Shown one piece after another: positions 1 to 10,515 of a stretch of 64,000 nucleotides of DNA. Below the pieces are notes generated by a model. It made no database searches. It was given only the letters and a program-made list of their open reading frames with translations, and was not told the origin of the DNA. The stretch's first letter is position 1, and each line of letters begins with the position of its first letter. The stretch lies in assembly GCF_054482525.1 (NCBI RefSeq), contig NZ_CM137006.1. One strand, 5' to 3'. The position numbers were made by a program, and so were the translations under genes.

Positions 1-1
1 T

Positions 2-67
2 CTGCTGGAGCTGGTCAACTCCGTGGTTGGGCTGATTATTGTGTTGATTATCAGCATGGTAGCGTAA
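2..67 (+). CDS. gntP: 3' end of a gluconate permease-like gene (partial; hydrophobic C-terminus ...LLELVNSVVGLIIVLIISMVA, stop at 65-67)
   Basis: Open frame running off the left window edge; position downstream of fimH matches the K-12 gene order; identity from synteny recall only. Confidence 0.45.
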   Translation: MLELVNSVVGLIIVLIISMVA

Positions 68-143
68 AAGAGCACCAGAGCCTGCCATTGGCAGGCTCTG
101 ACTGATGACAAAGTCTAAAAATGTGCCCGGCCAGTCCCCTCGA

Positions 144-176
144 CCCTCCGGGGAGAGGGTTAGGGTGAGGGGAACA
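144..176. repeat. Short GC-rich interspersed repeat (core GGGAGAGGGTTAGGGTGAGGG); an inverted second copy lies at 45069-45101
   Basis: Direct comparison of the two copies in this window (reverse-complement match). Confidence 0.5.
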
Positions 177-202
177 GACCAGCAAAGTGCGCTTTGTTTA
201 TG

Positions 203-238
203 CCAGATGCGACGCTGACGCGTCTTATCTGGCCTACA
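203..238. repeat. REP (palindromic unit) element
   Basis: GCCAGATGCGACGCT...GCGTCTTATCTGGCCTAC imperfect palindrome typical of E. coli REP sequences. Confidence 0.55.
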
Positions 239-309
239 AAGGGCTAACGTGCAGGTTTTTAGCTTCAGGTAATATTGCGTACCAGCATTAGCAATGTCCT
301 GTGATTTCT

Positions 310-1212
310 TTATTGATAAACAAAAGTCACGCCAATAATCGATTGCACATTCCCTGCAGTCACCTGCCCTCCGGTACGTGCGTAATTTGCCGTTAATCCC
401 AGACTTACCGCCGAAGTCCCTACTGCTCCTAACGATACCGTGTTATTCGCTGGAATAATCGTACCGTTGCGCGTCAACTGTACGCCGACGCCCTGCGCTG
501 GTGAAAACGAGGCGGTATTGGTGAAAATCGAGTTGCCCGCATCTGCGGTTGTGCCGGAGAGGTAATACCCCAGGTTTTGGCTTTTCGCACAATAAACGGT
601 AAGAGGAATTGGCACTGAACCAGGGTAGTCCGGCAGAGTAACGGTGACATCACGAGCAGAAACATCGCAGCCACCAGTGGGCACCACCACATCATTATTG
701 GCGTAAATATTCCACACAAACTGAAAATCATCGCTGTTATAATTGTTGGTCTGTCGCAAAATAAGCACGGCAATTAATGAACCAGCTTTAATCGCCACCC
801 CGCCCGCACTGCTCACAGGCGTCAAATAAAGCGCCACCGGCCACGGCTTATCCGTTCTCGAATTATAAACAACGCGCGGCGTTTCGCTGGTGGTCGGAAA
901 TGGATAGCTACTGCCACTATATTTTACGGTCCCGGAAAAATTAGATAACACGACGCCGTAAGCCGAGCCTCGTTGCAGTGTGACATAGTCTGTAATGGTT
1001 TCCGGATAATCGTTATGGCAAAAGATTTGCGTCGAAAGATCCACGACCAGGTTTTGCCCCACATTCACGGCGGGCGCAAGGTTTACATAAACATTGGCGC
1101 TGCCACCGCCAATAGGGATAGCTGTACCATTGGCGGTTTTACAGGCGAATGACCAGGCATTTACCGACCAGCCCATCAGCAGTACAGCAAACAGGGTAAT
1201 AACTCGTTTCAT
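310..1212 (-). CDS. fimH: Type 1 fimbrial adhesin FimH (mannose-binding tip adhesin)
   Basis: ORF track 310..1221; start trimmed to MKRVITLFAVLLMGW; protein recognised as FimH; operon context. Confidence 0.95.
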   Translation of the reverse strand: MKRVITLFAVLLMGWSVNAWSFACKTANGTAIPIGGGSANVYVNLAPAVNVGQNLVVDLSTQIFCHNDYPETITDYVTLQRGSAYGVVLSNFSGTVKYSGSSYPFPTTSETPRVVYNSRTDKPWPVALYLTPVSSAGGVAIKAGSLIAVLILRQTNNYNSDDFQFVWNIYANNDVVVPTGGCDVSARDVTVTLPDYPGSVPIPLTVYCAKSQNLGYYLSGTTADAGNSIFTNTASFSPAQGVGVQLTRNGTIIPANNTVSLGAVGTSAVSLGLTANYARTGGQVTAGNVQSIIGVTFVYQ

Positions 1213-1231
1213 TACAATCATCTCTTCGGGT

Positions 1232-1735
1232 TCAGCTGTAGGTATAGGTGATGCTAATCACTGCCTGAATGGTTCCCTGAGTGGCTCCGCCATTTACTGT
1301 CAATGCTCTGACCTGTAACGGGAAGTGCGCTGATTGTGAGGAATCATCCACCTGAACTGTTTTGGTTGCGCCACTATTCAATGTGTTGCCACTGTCATCC
1401 TGTAGCTCTAACTGGATGTTTTGCGCGGTCCCCTGGTTTTTATAATATCCGGTACTGTCGGCTGCCCCGCTGAAGCTGGCAGTGACCCTCGACGTTCCCA
1501 CCGGACAATTAGTCAACTCAAGCGCAACATCATGCCAGGCCGATGCCGCCCCGGCAGACATCAGACTGAAAGAATAAAGATCGCCGAGATCTACCGTGGC
1601 ATTGGTGGTGGAAACCGTGCACGGTTTGGCGACGACCTTACCGTTCACCGTGATGGTGACATCGGCTGCCTGTATCGTCGCACTTGCGAGCGCCAACATT
1701 GCCGCCAATAAATACCCACGTTTGCGCCATTTCAT
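1232..1735 (-). CDS. fimG: Type 1 fimbrial minor subunit FimG
   Basis: ORF 1232..1741, start at MKWRKRGYLL; signal peptide plus pilin fold; operon position. Confidence 0.9.
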   Translation of the reverse strand: MKWRKRGYLLAAMLALASATIQAADVTITVNGKVVAKPCTVSTTNATVDLGDLYSFSLMSAGAASAWHDVALELTNCPVGTSRVTASFSGAADSTGYYKNQGTAQNIQLELQDDSGNTLNSGATKTVQVDDSSQSAHFPLQVRALTVNGGATQGTIQAVISITYTYS

Positions 1736-1747
1736 GAGCATCTCCAG

Positions 1748-2278
1748 TTACTGATATTCAAGAGTGAAGGTAGCCGTGGCATTGATATGCCCCGCAGTGA
1801 CAGGCACCTGTGTCGCCATTAGCCGGGCGTAAAAATTCAGCGTATTTGGTTTACCCGGCGTCAGGGTCGTCCACGAAATCGCGGACGATGGGGCATTAAG
1901 GGGTATCTGATTTTGTTGCTCATTCAGAAGCTGTATTCCCAGTCCCGCAGCCGCTGACACCGTATTTTCAAGTGCAAGCAGGTTGGCATTGTGGCTATCT
2001 GCAACACCGGTAAACCCAACTTTTACGGCAGAAACGGCATTACCACAGGGTGACAGCAAAATACGAAATGGAACGACAGGAGTCGTCGCGCCAATGTTGT
2101 TAAATTGCTTCGCCGCGTTTTCCATCAGATCAACAGTAAAATTGGTTGATTCAGCGGCCACACTACAGCCGTTATCTCTGACATAGCCGCGGATAGTAAT
2201 CGTGCTATCCGCAGCCAAAGCGTGACTTACCGCCAGCCACAAAAAAGCGCACAGAAGATAAAAAGGTTTGTTTCTCAT
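1748..2278 (-). CDS. fimF: Type 1 fimbrial minor subunit FimF
   Basis: ORF 1748..2281, start at MRNKPFYLL; operon position. Confidence 0.9.
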   Translation of the reverse strand: MRNKPFYLLCAFLWLAVSHALAADSTITIRGYVRDNGCSVAAESTNFTVDLMENAAKQFNNIGATTPVVPFRILLSPCGNAVSAVKVGFTGVADSHNANLLALENTVSAAAGLGIQLLNEQQNQIPLNAPSSAISWTTLTPGKPNTLNFYARLMATQVPVTAGHINATATFTLEYQ

Positions 2279-2287
2279 CACGCCCCC

Positions 2288-4924
2288 TTAACGACATTCA
2301 GCTGATAGCTGGGTTAATAACTGCTGCTGACTCTCTGGTGGCAGTTGATAATTGGCGACACAGTGAGCATTTTCCTCTTCTCCCCATTTCACCTGAACTT
2401 TTCCCGCTAAAGGCATTCCGCTGAGGTAAACCTGACCATTATCCGCAACAATGCCGCTACTCTGGCTACTCTCTGATGTCACCATCGCCCCAAACGGCAG
2501 CGGCTTATTATTGTGGGTTAGCGTCATGAGCAGTTTTATCCCAACGCGCGCTTTAAACTCTGCTCGCACTATCGCCCCACGAGTGGGAACAACGTTAGCG
2601 ACCGCGTTATCTAAATCGACGTTATCAGCCAGGGTATTGGTATCCAGCGCTACTCTGTTTTCCCGATATTCAGTGGCATAAGGCAGCACGGCATAACCGC
2701 GCCAGTCGGTACGCACCCCCGTCTGGTTTTCGACTTTTGCATCTTTTGCGCCAGGCGCTTTAACAAGCACTACCGTATCGTTTAACGGCTGCCCCAGCGT
2801 TACGCCATTGGCATGAGCCAGTACCCCACCGCTGACTCCGTAATAGAGCTGCTTAATATCATCGCTATGGCTGTAACCGATGTTGGCATTGCCGTAACCA
2901 CCGCGATAATTCAGCGTGGCGTAGCCTGTACTTCCGCTATTACCATCACCTCCCCCGGCGTAACCGGTTTGCACGCTATAGCTGAGGTTGTTGTCTTCCA
3001 GCAACGTACCGTATACACCGGCCAGATTGGTCATCCGACCGTTGAGATCGTGTGACATGCTGTAACTGGCACTGGCATGTCGCCACTGAGATTTACTGTC
3101 AGAACGCAGCCAGTGGCTGAAAGGAATATTGACGTTAAGCGCTAACATCTGATCCCGTCCTTTTTGCCAGGCGTTTTTCGTCAGGCTATAGCTGAGCGTC
3201 CAGTTGATATCTTCGAATGCAGTATTTAAACCAGCCTGGAATTGCTCATCGACATTATTCGTTCCCCAATAAGTTTGATGGCTACCACTCAAATACAGTG
3301 TTGATGAGCGCCCGAGTTGCTGAGTAACGGTGAGCTGTAATTTCCCGCGTTTGTTATAAGCGAGGTTGTAATAGTCGGTGAATTTCGGCTTAACCTGAAT
3401 AACTCCGTCCTGTGTTTCGATGTTGTAGCCATTCATTCGACTGTATGTTGTATCAGCGAAATTAAAATATCCGCTGGTCGAATAACGGTAACCCACTAAC
3501 TGAATATTCGTGCCTGACTCATTGAGCGATTTGTTATAGAGAAAACGCACCGATTGTCCGTCATGCTGACTGTCATCGGGAAGTGTGGAATTAGCCTGCG
3601 TCATATCCACAGACAGAGCACCCAGTGCCCCCATGTTTTTCCCGATACCGAAATTAAAAGCACGATAACGATCCGCCAGTTGCGTTCCACCATATATTGT
3701 CCAGCCAGCCGGAAGGCCGTGGAGTAATGTACTCTGGAAAAAGCGGGGTTTTTCCTGTTGCGCATTTCCACTACGGTATTCTCCTGCCGTAATGGAATAA
3801 CGAGTATGCCCTTCACGTTGCAAAAGCGGGACTGACGAATAGGGTACGGTAAAAATCTGCGTGCTGCCGTCAGCCTCTTTGATCGTTACCTGCAAGTCAC
3901 CACTATTACCTGCGGCATAGATATCGTTGATGGTAAAAGGCCCCGGTGGCACCGTACTATTATAAATGTCATACCCATTTTGTTTAATAGTGACCTGTGC
4001 AGTACCACGAGCAATACCGTGGATCACCGGGGCAAATCCTCTTTGGCTATCGGGTAACATATTGTCATCTGAGGCCAATTGTGCGCCGCGAAAGTTAATA
4101 CCATCGAAAATATCGCCCTGAGTATAACCATCACCCAGCGTCAGCCGGGAACGTAACGGAATTATGTCTCGCTCAAGCCAGGTATTGATATGCTGCCATT
4201 TATTTTTGCTACCTGATGAACTGTCGCTACTGTTATAACTCCAGGTGGTATTGTCGCGTAAACGCCACGCACCAATATTTAACCCACTCTGTAGGTTTAA
4301 ATATGCATAATGGCTGTTACCCCCAATCCGATTCTGTACACTATTTCCGCTAAAATTATAATTGAGCAATCCGGCATTAATACCGGGATCCCATAACTCA
4401 GGAGGAATATAACCACGCGCGCGATTACTCATAAATGCCTGAGGGATCGTCAGGTTGAGTCGCTGCTGACCAACATCTAAATGCGCAGTAGCGTCATGGA
4501 TCATTGAGGTTAATGGCACGCAGGCATCATCCGCCAGCAGATTCATACCGGAGACAGAAGCCGTATTCAGCCCCATACCGGCAAGTTGCGCGCGTGTCAG
4601 GCAGGGAACAATCCCTTGTTCACTGTCGCCCGTATTAAATGTGACATCACGCGTTGCCATATAACCATTATTCAAATAGATATCGACACGATACGTCCCT
4701 GGCGGTAATTCTTGCCCATTCTCAAAACGCGATAAATCAGCCACAGCCTGGGGATCATCCGCTAAAAAACGCGGGTTAAAATAGAGTTCGGCAGATGACA
4801 AAGGTGCCTGTGCGGCAAAAGCACAAGCAACAAAGAACCGGACAAAAAAACCAGCCAAACGATGCTTACGAATATGCAAGCATTGTGTGTTTCGCTGGTA
4901 AAGTCTTAAATTCAGATATGACAT
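2288..4924 (-). CDS. fimD: Outer membrane usher FimD
   Basis: 878-aa ORF, usher family size and sequence; operon position. Confidence 0.95.
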   Translation of the reverse strand: MSYLNLRLYQRNTQCLHIRKHRLAGFFVRFFVACAFAAQAPLSSAELYFNPRFLADDPQAVADLSRFENGQELPPGTYRVDIYLNNGYMATRDVTFNTGDSEQGIVPCLTRAQLAGMGLNTASVSGMNLLADDACVPLTSMIHDATAHLDVGQQRLNLTIPQAFMSNRARGYIPPELWDPGINAGLLNYNFSGNSVQNRIGGNSHYAYLNLQSGLNIGAWRLRDNTTWSYNSSDSSSGSKNKWQHINTWLERDIIPLRSRLTLGDGYTQGDIFDGINFRGAQLASDDNMLPDSQRGFAPVIHGIARGTAQVTIKQNGYDIYNSTVPPGPFTINDIYAAGNSGDLQVTIKEADGSTQIFTVPYSSVPLLQREGHTRYSITAGEYRSGNAQQEKPRFFQSTLLHGLPAGWTIYGGTQLADRYRAFNFGIGKNMGALGALSVDMTQANSTLPDDSQHDGQSVRFLYNKSLNESGTNIQLVGYRYSTSGYFNFADTTYSRMNGYNIETQDGVIQVKPKFTDYYNLAYNKRGKLQLTVTQQLGRSSTLYLSGSHQTYWGTNNVDEQFQAGLNTAFEDINWTLSYSLTKNAWQKGRDQMLALNVNIPFSHWLRSDSKSQWRHASASYSMSHDLNGRMTNLAGVYGTLLEDNNLSYSVQTGYAGGGDGNSGSTGYATLNYRGGYGNANIGYSHSDDIKQLYYGVSGGVLAHANGVTLGQPLNDTVVLVKAPGAKDAKVENQTGVRTDWRGYAVLPYATEYRENRVALDTNTLADNVDLDNAVANVVPTRGAIVRAEFKARVGIKLLMTLTHNNKPLPFGAMVTSESSQSSGIVADNGQVYLSGMPLAGKVQVKWGEEENAHCVANYQLPPESQQQLLTQLSAECR

Positions 4925-4990
4925 TATTCCTCCGGTTTAAAATCACCCGGCAGTCAATTCTTTTTATTCAGGCGAAAAATTCCCCCTGCG

Positions 4991-5716
4991 TTATTCCATT
5001 ACGCCCGTCATTTTGGGGGTAAGTGCGCCATAATCATTTATTGTTCGGTAAGTAATATTGCTTCCTGCATCAGAAGGCAATTTAACCGTGCTTTCGCCCA
5101 TTGGAGGCACCAATGCATTTTCAAGAACCCGGGTTCCGGCATTCAACTCTGTTACCGTCAGGTAATAGGGTGTCGGGTTAATCAGCGTCAGAGAATTCGC
5201 GCTACGACGAAATCTTAATTTTTCTGCGGCCTGATCGGGTGGCAACGCTAATTTAGCCGGGCGATAGTACAGTTTAATGCGGCTGATAATTGCGAGCTGT
5301 AGCGTATTCTCAGTCAATTTTGATTTATCCATTGACGGAATCGCTTTAACGTTCATCCAGAATAAACTTTCCCGATCCTGTGGCAATTGGTTATTTGTTG
5401 CATCAAGAATACGTAAGGTATTCTCTTTTTTTCCCTTCATCGCAAACAGAGGTGGCGTCACGATAAAACGACCATCCTTTACACCATCGGCATTTTCCAC
5501 CCATGATTGAATTAAATAGGTGCTATTTTCATCATTATTTGTCACGGCAAGTTGCACTTGTTTTTGCCCTGCCGGATAAATTACGCGGGTCGCACCTAAG
5601 GCCACTCCCGCTTCAGCGCGTCCGGCAACCATCATTGCCATGAACATCAGGATACCTGCCAGCAAGCAGAATGTTATTTCCTGCGATTTCCTTACATTGA
5701 CGTTTTTATTACTCAC
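4991..5716 (-). CDS. fimC: Periplasmic pilus chaperone FimC
   Basis: 241-aa ORF with signal peptide; PapD-like chaperone; operon position. Confidence 0.95.
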   Translation of the reverse strand: MSNKNVNVRKSQEITFCLLAGILMFMAMMVAGRAEAGVALGATRVIYPAGQKQVQLAVTNNDENSTYLIQSWVENADGVKDGRFIVTPPLFAMKGKKENTLRILDATNNQLPQDRESLFWMNVKAIPSMDKSKLTENTLQLAIISRIKLYYRPAKLALPPDQAAEKLRFRRSANSLTLINPTPYYLTVTELNAGTRVLENALVPPMGESTVKLPSDAGSNITYRTINDYGALTPKMTGVME

Positions 5717-5752
5717 TGTCCTGTTCCTGTTATCACATTATCTGCTGAACAA

Positions 5753-6292
5753 TTACTGATAGGTTAAAGAGAACCAGGCCTGGGCATTGGCGATGCCGCC
5801 AGTAACCCGACGCCCGGTAGCACGATATTTGGCGATGAAATGTAGCGAAGTAGAGCCTGAGTAAAGCCGTTTCCAGTTTGCAGGAGGACGATTAATCGGT
5901 ACGAGGTTTCCTTCATCATCAAACAACGCTACGCCAATATTGGCGGCTATCCCTGGCCCCTCTCCCACGGAAAGCACATCCGGATTTTTACCATCCGCGA
6001 CACCGTGAAACGCCACACCCACACGTTCACTCACCACCGTGCTACATTCCCGTAAATGAATAACAAAAGGCACCGGTGCGCTATCTTCCCCTACCGCATG
6101 AAACCGGTTACTGCTGATTTGCCCCATATTGACCGTCATTTGTTTATCACCGGCTTCAATCCGGCAAGTTTCCGCAATAATGACGCCCTGAAATTGCATA
6201 TTTCCGCCGGGCAGCGTGGTATTCCATTTATTTCCGGCCAGAGCAAACATTGGCAGTAACGACGCTAATAGAAATAATCTCTTCCTTTTCAT
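5753..6292 (-). CDS. fimI: Fimbrin-like protein FimI
   Basis: ORF 5753..6424 trimmed to [19 protein letters not shown]; pilin-like; between fimA and fimC. Confidence 0.85.
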   Translation of the reverse strand: MKRKRLFLLASLLPMFALAGNKWNTTLPGGNMQFQGVIIAETCRIEAGDKQMTVNMGQISSNRFHAVGEDSAPVPFVIHLRECSTVVSERVGVAFHGVADGKNPDVLSVGEGPGIAANIGVALFDDEGNLVPINRPPANWKRLYSGSTSLHFIAKYRATGRRVTGGIANAQAWFSLTYQ

Positions 6293-6356
6293 CGTTATTT
6301 TTATCGCACAAGGGTGGGCATCCCTGCCCGTAATGACGTCCCTGAACCTGGGTAGG

Positions 6357-6905
6357 TTATTGATACTGAACCTTGAAGGTCGCATCCGCATTAGCAGCAC
6401 CCGGGGTTGCAGCAGCGGTTGCAAAATAACGCGCCTGGAACGGAATGGTGTTAGTACCGTTATTCAGGGTTGTTTCTGCACTAAATGTCGCACCGTCCAG
6501 CGCCAGCGCAGCACCGGTTCTGTCCAGAATTTGCACACCAACGTTTGTTGCGCTACCTGCAGCAGAACTCTGCAGAGCCAGTACATCAGTATGCGTAGCA
6601 TCAATTGCCGTACCTAAGAAGGCAACAGCGGCTTTTGTGGCAACAGTGGTATCGCAATCATTCAGCTGAATGTTAAAACCAACAGCAGAGCTGGTTGCTC
6701 CAGCCTGCTTCAGGCTAGCGGTACGAACCTGTCCTAACTGAACGGTTTGATCAACAGAGCCTGCATCAACTGCGCAAGCGGCATTAACAACTTCCCCTTT
6801 AAAGTGAACGGTCCCACCATTTACCGTCGTAGTATCAGCCAGAGCCGCTGCGGAACTGAGGGACAGAGCCGACAAAACAACGATTGCCAGAGTTTTAATT
6901 TTCAT
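6357..6905 (-). CDS. fimA: Type 1 fimbrial major subunit FimA
   Basis: ORF 6357..7064 trimmed to [23 protein letters not shown]; recognised as FimA. Confidence 0.95.
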   Translation of the reverse strand: MKIKTLAIVVLSALSLSSAAALADTTTVNGGTVHFKGEVVNAACAVDAGSVDQTVQLGQVRTASLKQAGATSSAVGFNIQLNDCDTTVATKAAVAFLGTAIDATHTDVLALQSSAAGSATNVGVQILDRTGAALALDGATFSAETTLNNGTNTIPFQARYFATAAATPGAANADATFKVQYQ

Positions 6906-7023
6906 GCTGCTTTCCTTTAAAAAACTATTTCTAAATCGACATGGGCAGTCGTTCTGTACACTTTGTTTTGTCAACGAGTTTGACTGCCAACACTGCACAG
7001 TTTTCCCCCAAAAGATGAAACAT

Positions 7024-7337
7024 TTGGGGCCATTTTGACTCATAGAGGAAAGCATCGCGCACAAACTTTTTCAGTTTATTTGTTGGCTTGATATTCTACC
7101 GTTATCTTTATTTATAGATTTTTATATTGCATGAGGTGGTTTTTGGAGAGAAGAATGAGGAAGTTGCTTCGAGACACAGAAACGTTAGCTTTACATTTAG
7201 CGGAGGTGATGTGAAATTAATTTACAAGAGAAATAATTTACATATCAAACAGTTAGATGCTTTTTGTCGTTTTTTAATATTTTTATGCTTGAGAAAAAAT
7301 ACGTAACTTATTTATGATATGGACAGTTTGGCCCCAA
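7024..7337. promoter_or_regulatory. fimS: fimS invertible switch, 314 bp, bounded by 9-bp inverted repeats TTGGGGCCA (7024-7032) and TGGCCCCAA (7329-7337)
   Basis: Both inverted repeats are visible in the sequence at the expected spacing between fimA and fimE. Confidence 0.9.
7289..7318 (+). promoter_or_regulatory. sigma70-like promoter inside fimS (-35 TTGAGA at 7289-7294, -10 TATGAT at 7313-7318), firing rightward toward fimE (switch OFF)
   Basis: Hexamers read from the sequence with an 18-bp spacer; orientation is relative to fimA on the minus strand to the left. Confidence 0.6.
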
Positions 7338-7384
7338 TTGTCTTGTATTTATTTGTTTTTTAACTTTATTATCAATGAGTTAAA

Positions 7385-7981
7385 TCAAACCTCTTCTCTT
7401 TTTAATTTTTCGTTTATGAGATTATTTCTTTCCCATAATCCGGCAAAACGAGCAGCATTACTGGCGGTATAACGCACAGTATGGCGAATATTTCGATGCC
7501 CGAGATAATCCTGAATTAAACGGGTATCGGCACCACGCTCCGCCAGTTCATAACCACAAGCATGCCTTAACATATGAGGATGAGTCTGCGTTACGGTTCC
7601 AGCTTCAATACCGGCATCGCGAATAATGCGATAGGCCTGCTGGCGAGAAAGCCGACTCCCGCGGCGAGAAATAAATATAGCGTCGGTCCGGTCAGCGCCT
7701 TTCCAGTTAGCACGTTCCTGGGTCCAGCGTTCCACGGCTTCACGCTCATCAAAACGTAACGGGTGAACGGTAGAAAATCCGTTCTTCAGTCGGCGAATAT
7801 TTATTCGACCTTCATTAAGGTCAAGGTCCTGATAATGCAGATCAAGCAGTTCACTAATACGCATCCCATGCCGATATGCCAACAGAATAAGACAATAATC
7901 TCTGGCTCCCGTTGCCCCGTAACAAACCGCCTGCATCATGGCCTGAACTTCTTTACCGGTAAGATAACGACGTTTACTCAC
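7385..7981 (-). CDS. fimE: Tyrosine recombinase FimE (ON-to-OFF switching)
   Basis: 198-aa ORF; integrase-family C-terminal motifs (HxxR...Y); position next to fimS. Confidence 0.95.
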   Translation of the reverse strand: MSKRRYLTGKEVQAMMQAVCYGATGARDYCLILLAYRHGMRISELLDLHYQDLDLNEGRINIRRLKNGFSTVHPLRFDEREAVERWTQERANWKGADRTDAIFISRRGSRLSRQQAYRIIRDAGIEAGTVTQTHPHMLRHACGYELAERGADTRLIQDYLGHRNIRHTVRYTASNAARFAGLWERNNLINEKLKREEV

Positions 7982-8459
7982 AATAGTAGTACTCCTAACT
8001 GAGATATATTTGAATGAATACCTATAGGAAACCTCAATCGGTCAAAATTAGCCCAATAGATAAAAAGATAACCACACACGAAGTGATGTGGCTATCAGTC
8101 AATTACATTAAATATCATACAAAAATAAAATATCACTGATGTGACAACATCTATTTTCATTGATTTGATTCAATATAACAATAGATTGCAGTGGATTAAC
8201 TTCCCAGTTGCTTAAAAAATAAAGAAAAAAGTATGAAAACAGGAGAATTTAAGTGATGTGTAAATTTATGAATGATTTTGTTTATTTATTTTGAAGAACA
8301 CAAACCATTGTATTTTGTATGGATATGGTTAACTTAATGTTTATTATGATAATTAAGAATCACACTTACAATAACATCAATTAATAAATGGTTAATCATT
8401 TTTGATATATCGTAAGAATAATGTGTTTTTTAACACCATCCCTGGTATCCCATCTATCT

Positions 8460-9062
8460 CTATAAAACAGCGTGACGCTGTCTCCCTCTAGCTCTATCCC
8501 AGATGCCGTAAAAACGCCCTGCATTGCTGGCGGTATACCAGACTGTATGACGAATATTGCGATGCCCAAGATAATCCTGGATAAGTCGCGTATCTATTCC
8601 CATATTCGCCAAAGCAAAACCACACGAATGGCGTAACATGTGCGGATGAATCTCCAGTGATAACCCAGCATTACCACCAGAAGTCGAGATAATATGGTAA
8701 AACTGTTGCCGAGAAAGCGGATTCCCCTTACGTGATAAAAATACCCACTCGCTCTCAGCATGCGGATACGAAGTACGGATACTCAACCAGTTTTTTAAAG
8801 CCTGAACTTCTTTGTTCAATAGCGGGTGCGTTGTTGAAAAGCCTTTTTTTAATCGATGGATATATATACACTTTGCCTTAAGATCAATATCCGAAATCCT
8901 CAATCGACAAATTTCACTCGCCCGGAAACCATGAATAAAACAAAGCAAAGTCAGACAATAATTACGTGCTGCATGAGGCCCGGTATTTGCTGCTTTAAGG
9001 AGTGACTCGATTTCACTATGGGTCAGGAAGTTCCTTTTTTTGTTATCAGCCTTATTCTTCAT
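8460..9062 (-). CDS. fimB: Tyrosine recombinase FimB
   Basis: ORF 8460..9092 trimmed to MKNKADNKKRNFLTHSE; paralogue of FimE. Confidence 0.93.
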   Translation of the reverse strand: MKNKADNKKRNFLTHSEIESLLKAANTGPHAARNYCLTLLCFIHGFRASEICRLRISDIDLKAKCIYIHRLKKGFSTTHPLLNKEVQALKNWLSIRTSYPHAESEWVFLSRKGNPLSRQQFYHIISTSGGNAGLSLEIHPHMLRHSCGFALANMGIDTRLIQDYLGHRNIRHTVWYTASNAGRFYGIWDRARGRQRHAVL

Positions 9063-10077
9063 CGTTTTTCCCTTATAATTACAGACGCGCACTAGCTGTG
9101 CTGGGTTAGCAATAATCCAACATTTTAATCCTGATTATGTTTATAAAAGCGAACGTTTGCTTAATAACTAACGTAAGTGGACCAGTTCTTCAGAGTGAAC
9201 TTAAATGGAGTGGCAACAGTTACTTATAATAACGTTGCCATACAAACGCTATGCTCCTGCATGCTATGTACCTTTATATATTTATCAATCTGATACGAAT
9301 CTAATAATAACCCTCATCATTAATGCAACTAATCTTATCTATATATCATGTGATATGTTCTGTAACAAGTAAAATCAACATAAAAAATTCAGCAAAATTT
9401 AATATTCGTTCAACTAGCCGTCTCACATATGACATTATTAGTCAACTCCATTTGCCACAAAATGGCTATTTCATGGAACGCAGTAATTTCTTAGTGGCTA
9501 TTATCATGCTAATGCTTAGGTCCCTAGCGATTATTCCTGGCTGGTTCGTCAGTTTAGGCCATGAGATTGTTACATTCCTTTTTATCATGGAGATATGGGG
9601 GAAAGCAGGAGACGATTTTTTCATCTACATTCGTTGATAAATATGGCTTTGGTCACTAAGACTTAAACCCTCCTCAATCACAGCTGTTCGCCGGGCAATA
9701 CGGCAAACAAACTAAGTGAAACATCATCCTGAAAACACCAACATCAACAAGCCTCTCCAGATCGACTTCAGGAGTGACCAGTTACAAGCCACAAATCAGG
9801 AAACATATTTCATGGTGAGAATTATGATCAGTCTGATGGCGGGTAAACCCTTATTTTCACCCCGCTCACTGAGTTAGCTTGCAAATCTTCCCTTGTTTAG
9901 ACTCTAGATAAATCTCATATAAAACAGGCAATTAAACAAAAACCTTTGGTTTGTGACGGCCTCCACAAATGTTCGTTTAGCTTCACATGGCATCTTCTTC
10001 TTAGAAAAAGATCGACATATTTTGTGACACGAATTGCAAATCTGGTTTTGTTGTATGGATTGCGTGATTTTTGATCT

Positions 10078-10097
10078 GGTATAACAGGTATAAAGGT
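10078..10097. promoter_or_regulatory. Putative NanR operator (GGTATA repeats: GGTATAACAGGTATAAAGGT) beside a GATC site, in the fimB-nanC intergenic region
   Basis: GGTATA-type repeat motif read from the sequence about 420 bp upstream of nanC; NanR consensus recalled from the literature. Confidence 0.55.
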
Positions 10098-10515
10098 GCA
10101 CCACGATAGTCAATGAGACAGGGCATCTCGCAATCTATGGCAAACATCACTTCAGTTCTTTCTCATCGGGTGATGAAAACGCACTTCAGTCTGAAAGGAA
10201 TATGAAAATGAGATCAACAGACACTCTATTTTATGACTCTGGGTAAAATGGATTGAGTAAGTGATATAGCTTACGAACATTCAAATCAATTAAACATCAG
10301 AAGAGATTTTATACTCAGGTATTTAATCTGGCTCTCTGTTTATTTAAATAATGTGGAAGAGAATTTTCACAGGAGACCTTATACAAAAAATATAAAATAC
10401 AGTTACCCGTTGCCAAAGACACTATAAGCCTGGCAAAAAATATTACACAACATAAATGCTAATTGTTTATGCGGGCTTTGTATTGCTTTCTGTATCCTAC
10501 AAATGAGTGAAATTT

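Noticed and set aside
474-773. 99-aa minus-strand ORF inside fimH, and many similar short ORFs across the window (e.g. 1094..1318, 1421..1711, 2451..2681, 46750..47136, 47606..48403, 36952..37518, 37603..38364)
   Set aside because: They lie wholly inside, or antisense to, well-supported long genes, have odd low-complexity composition and no start context; they are six-frame artefacts
9323-9637. 104-aa ORF in the fimB-nanC intergenic region (and 9904..10113 on the minus strand)
   Set aside because: Located in an AT-rich regulatory region known to be non-coding; AT-rich DNA gives long open frames by chance; no ribosome-binding site or recognisable domain
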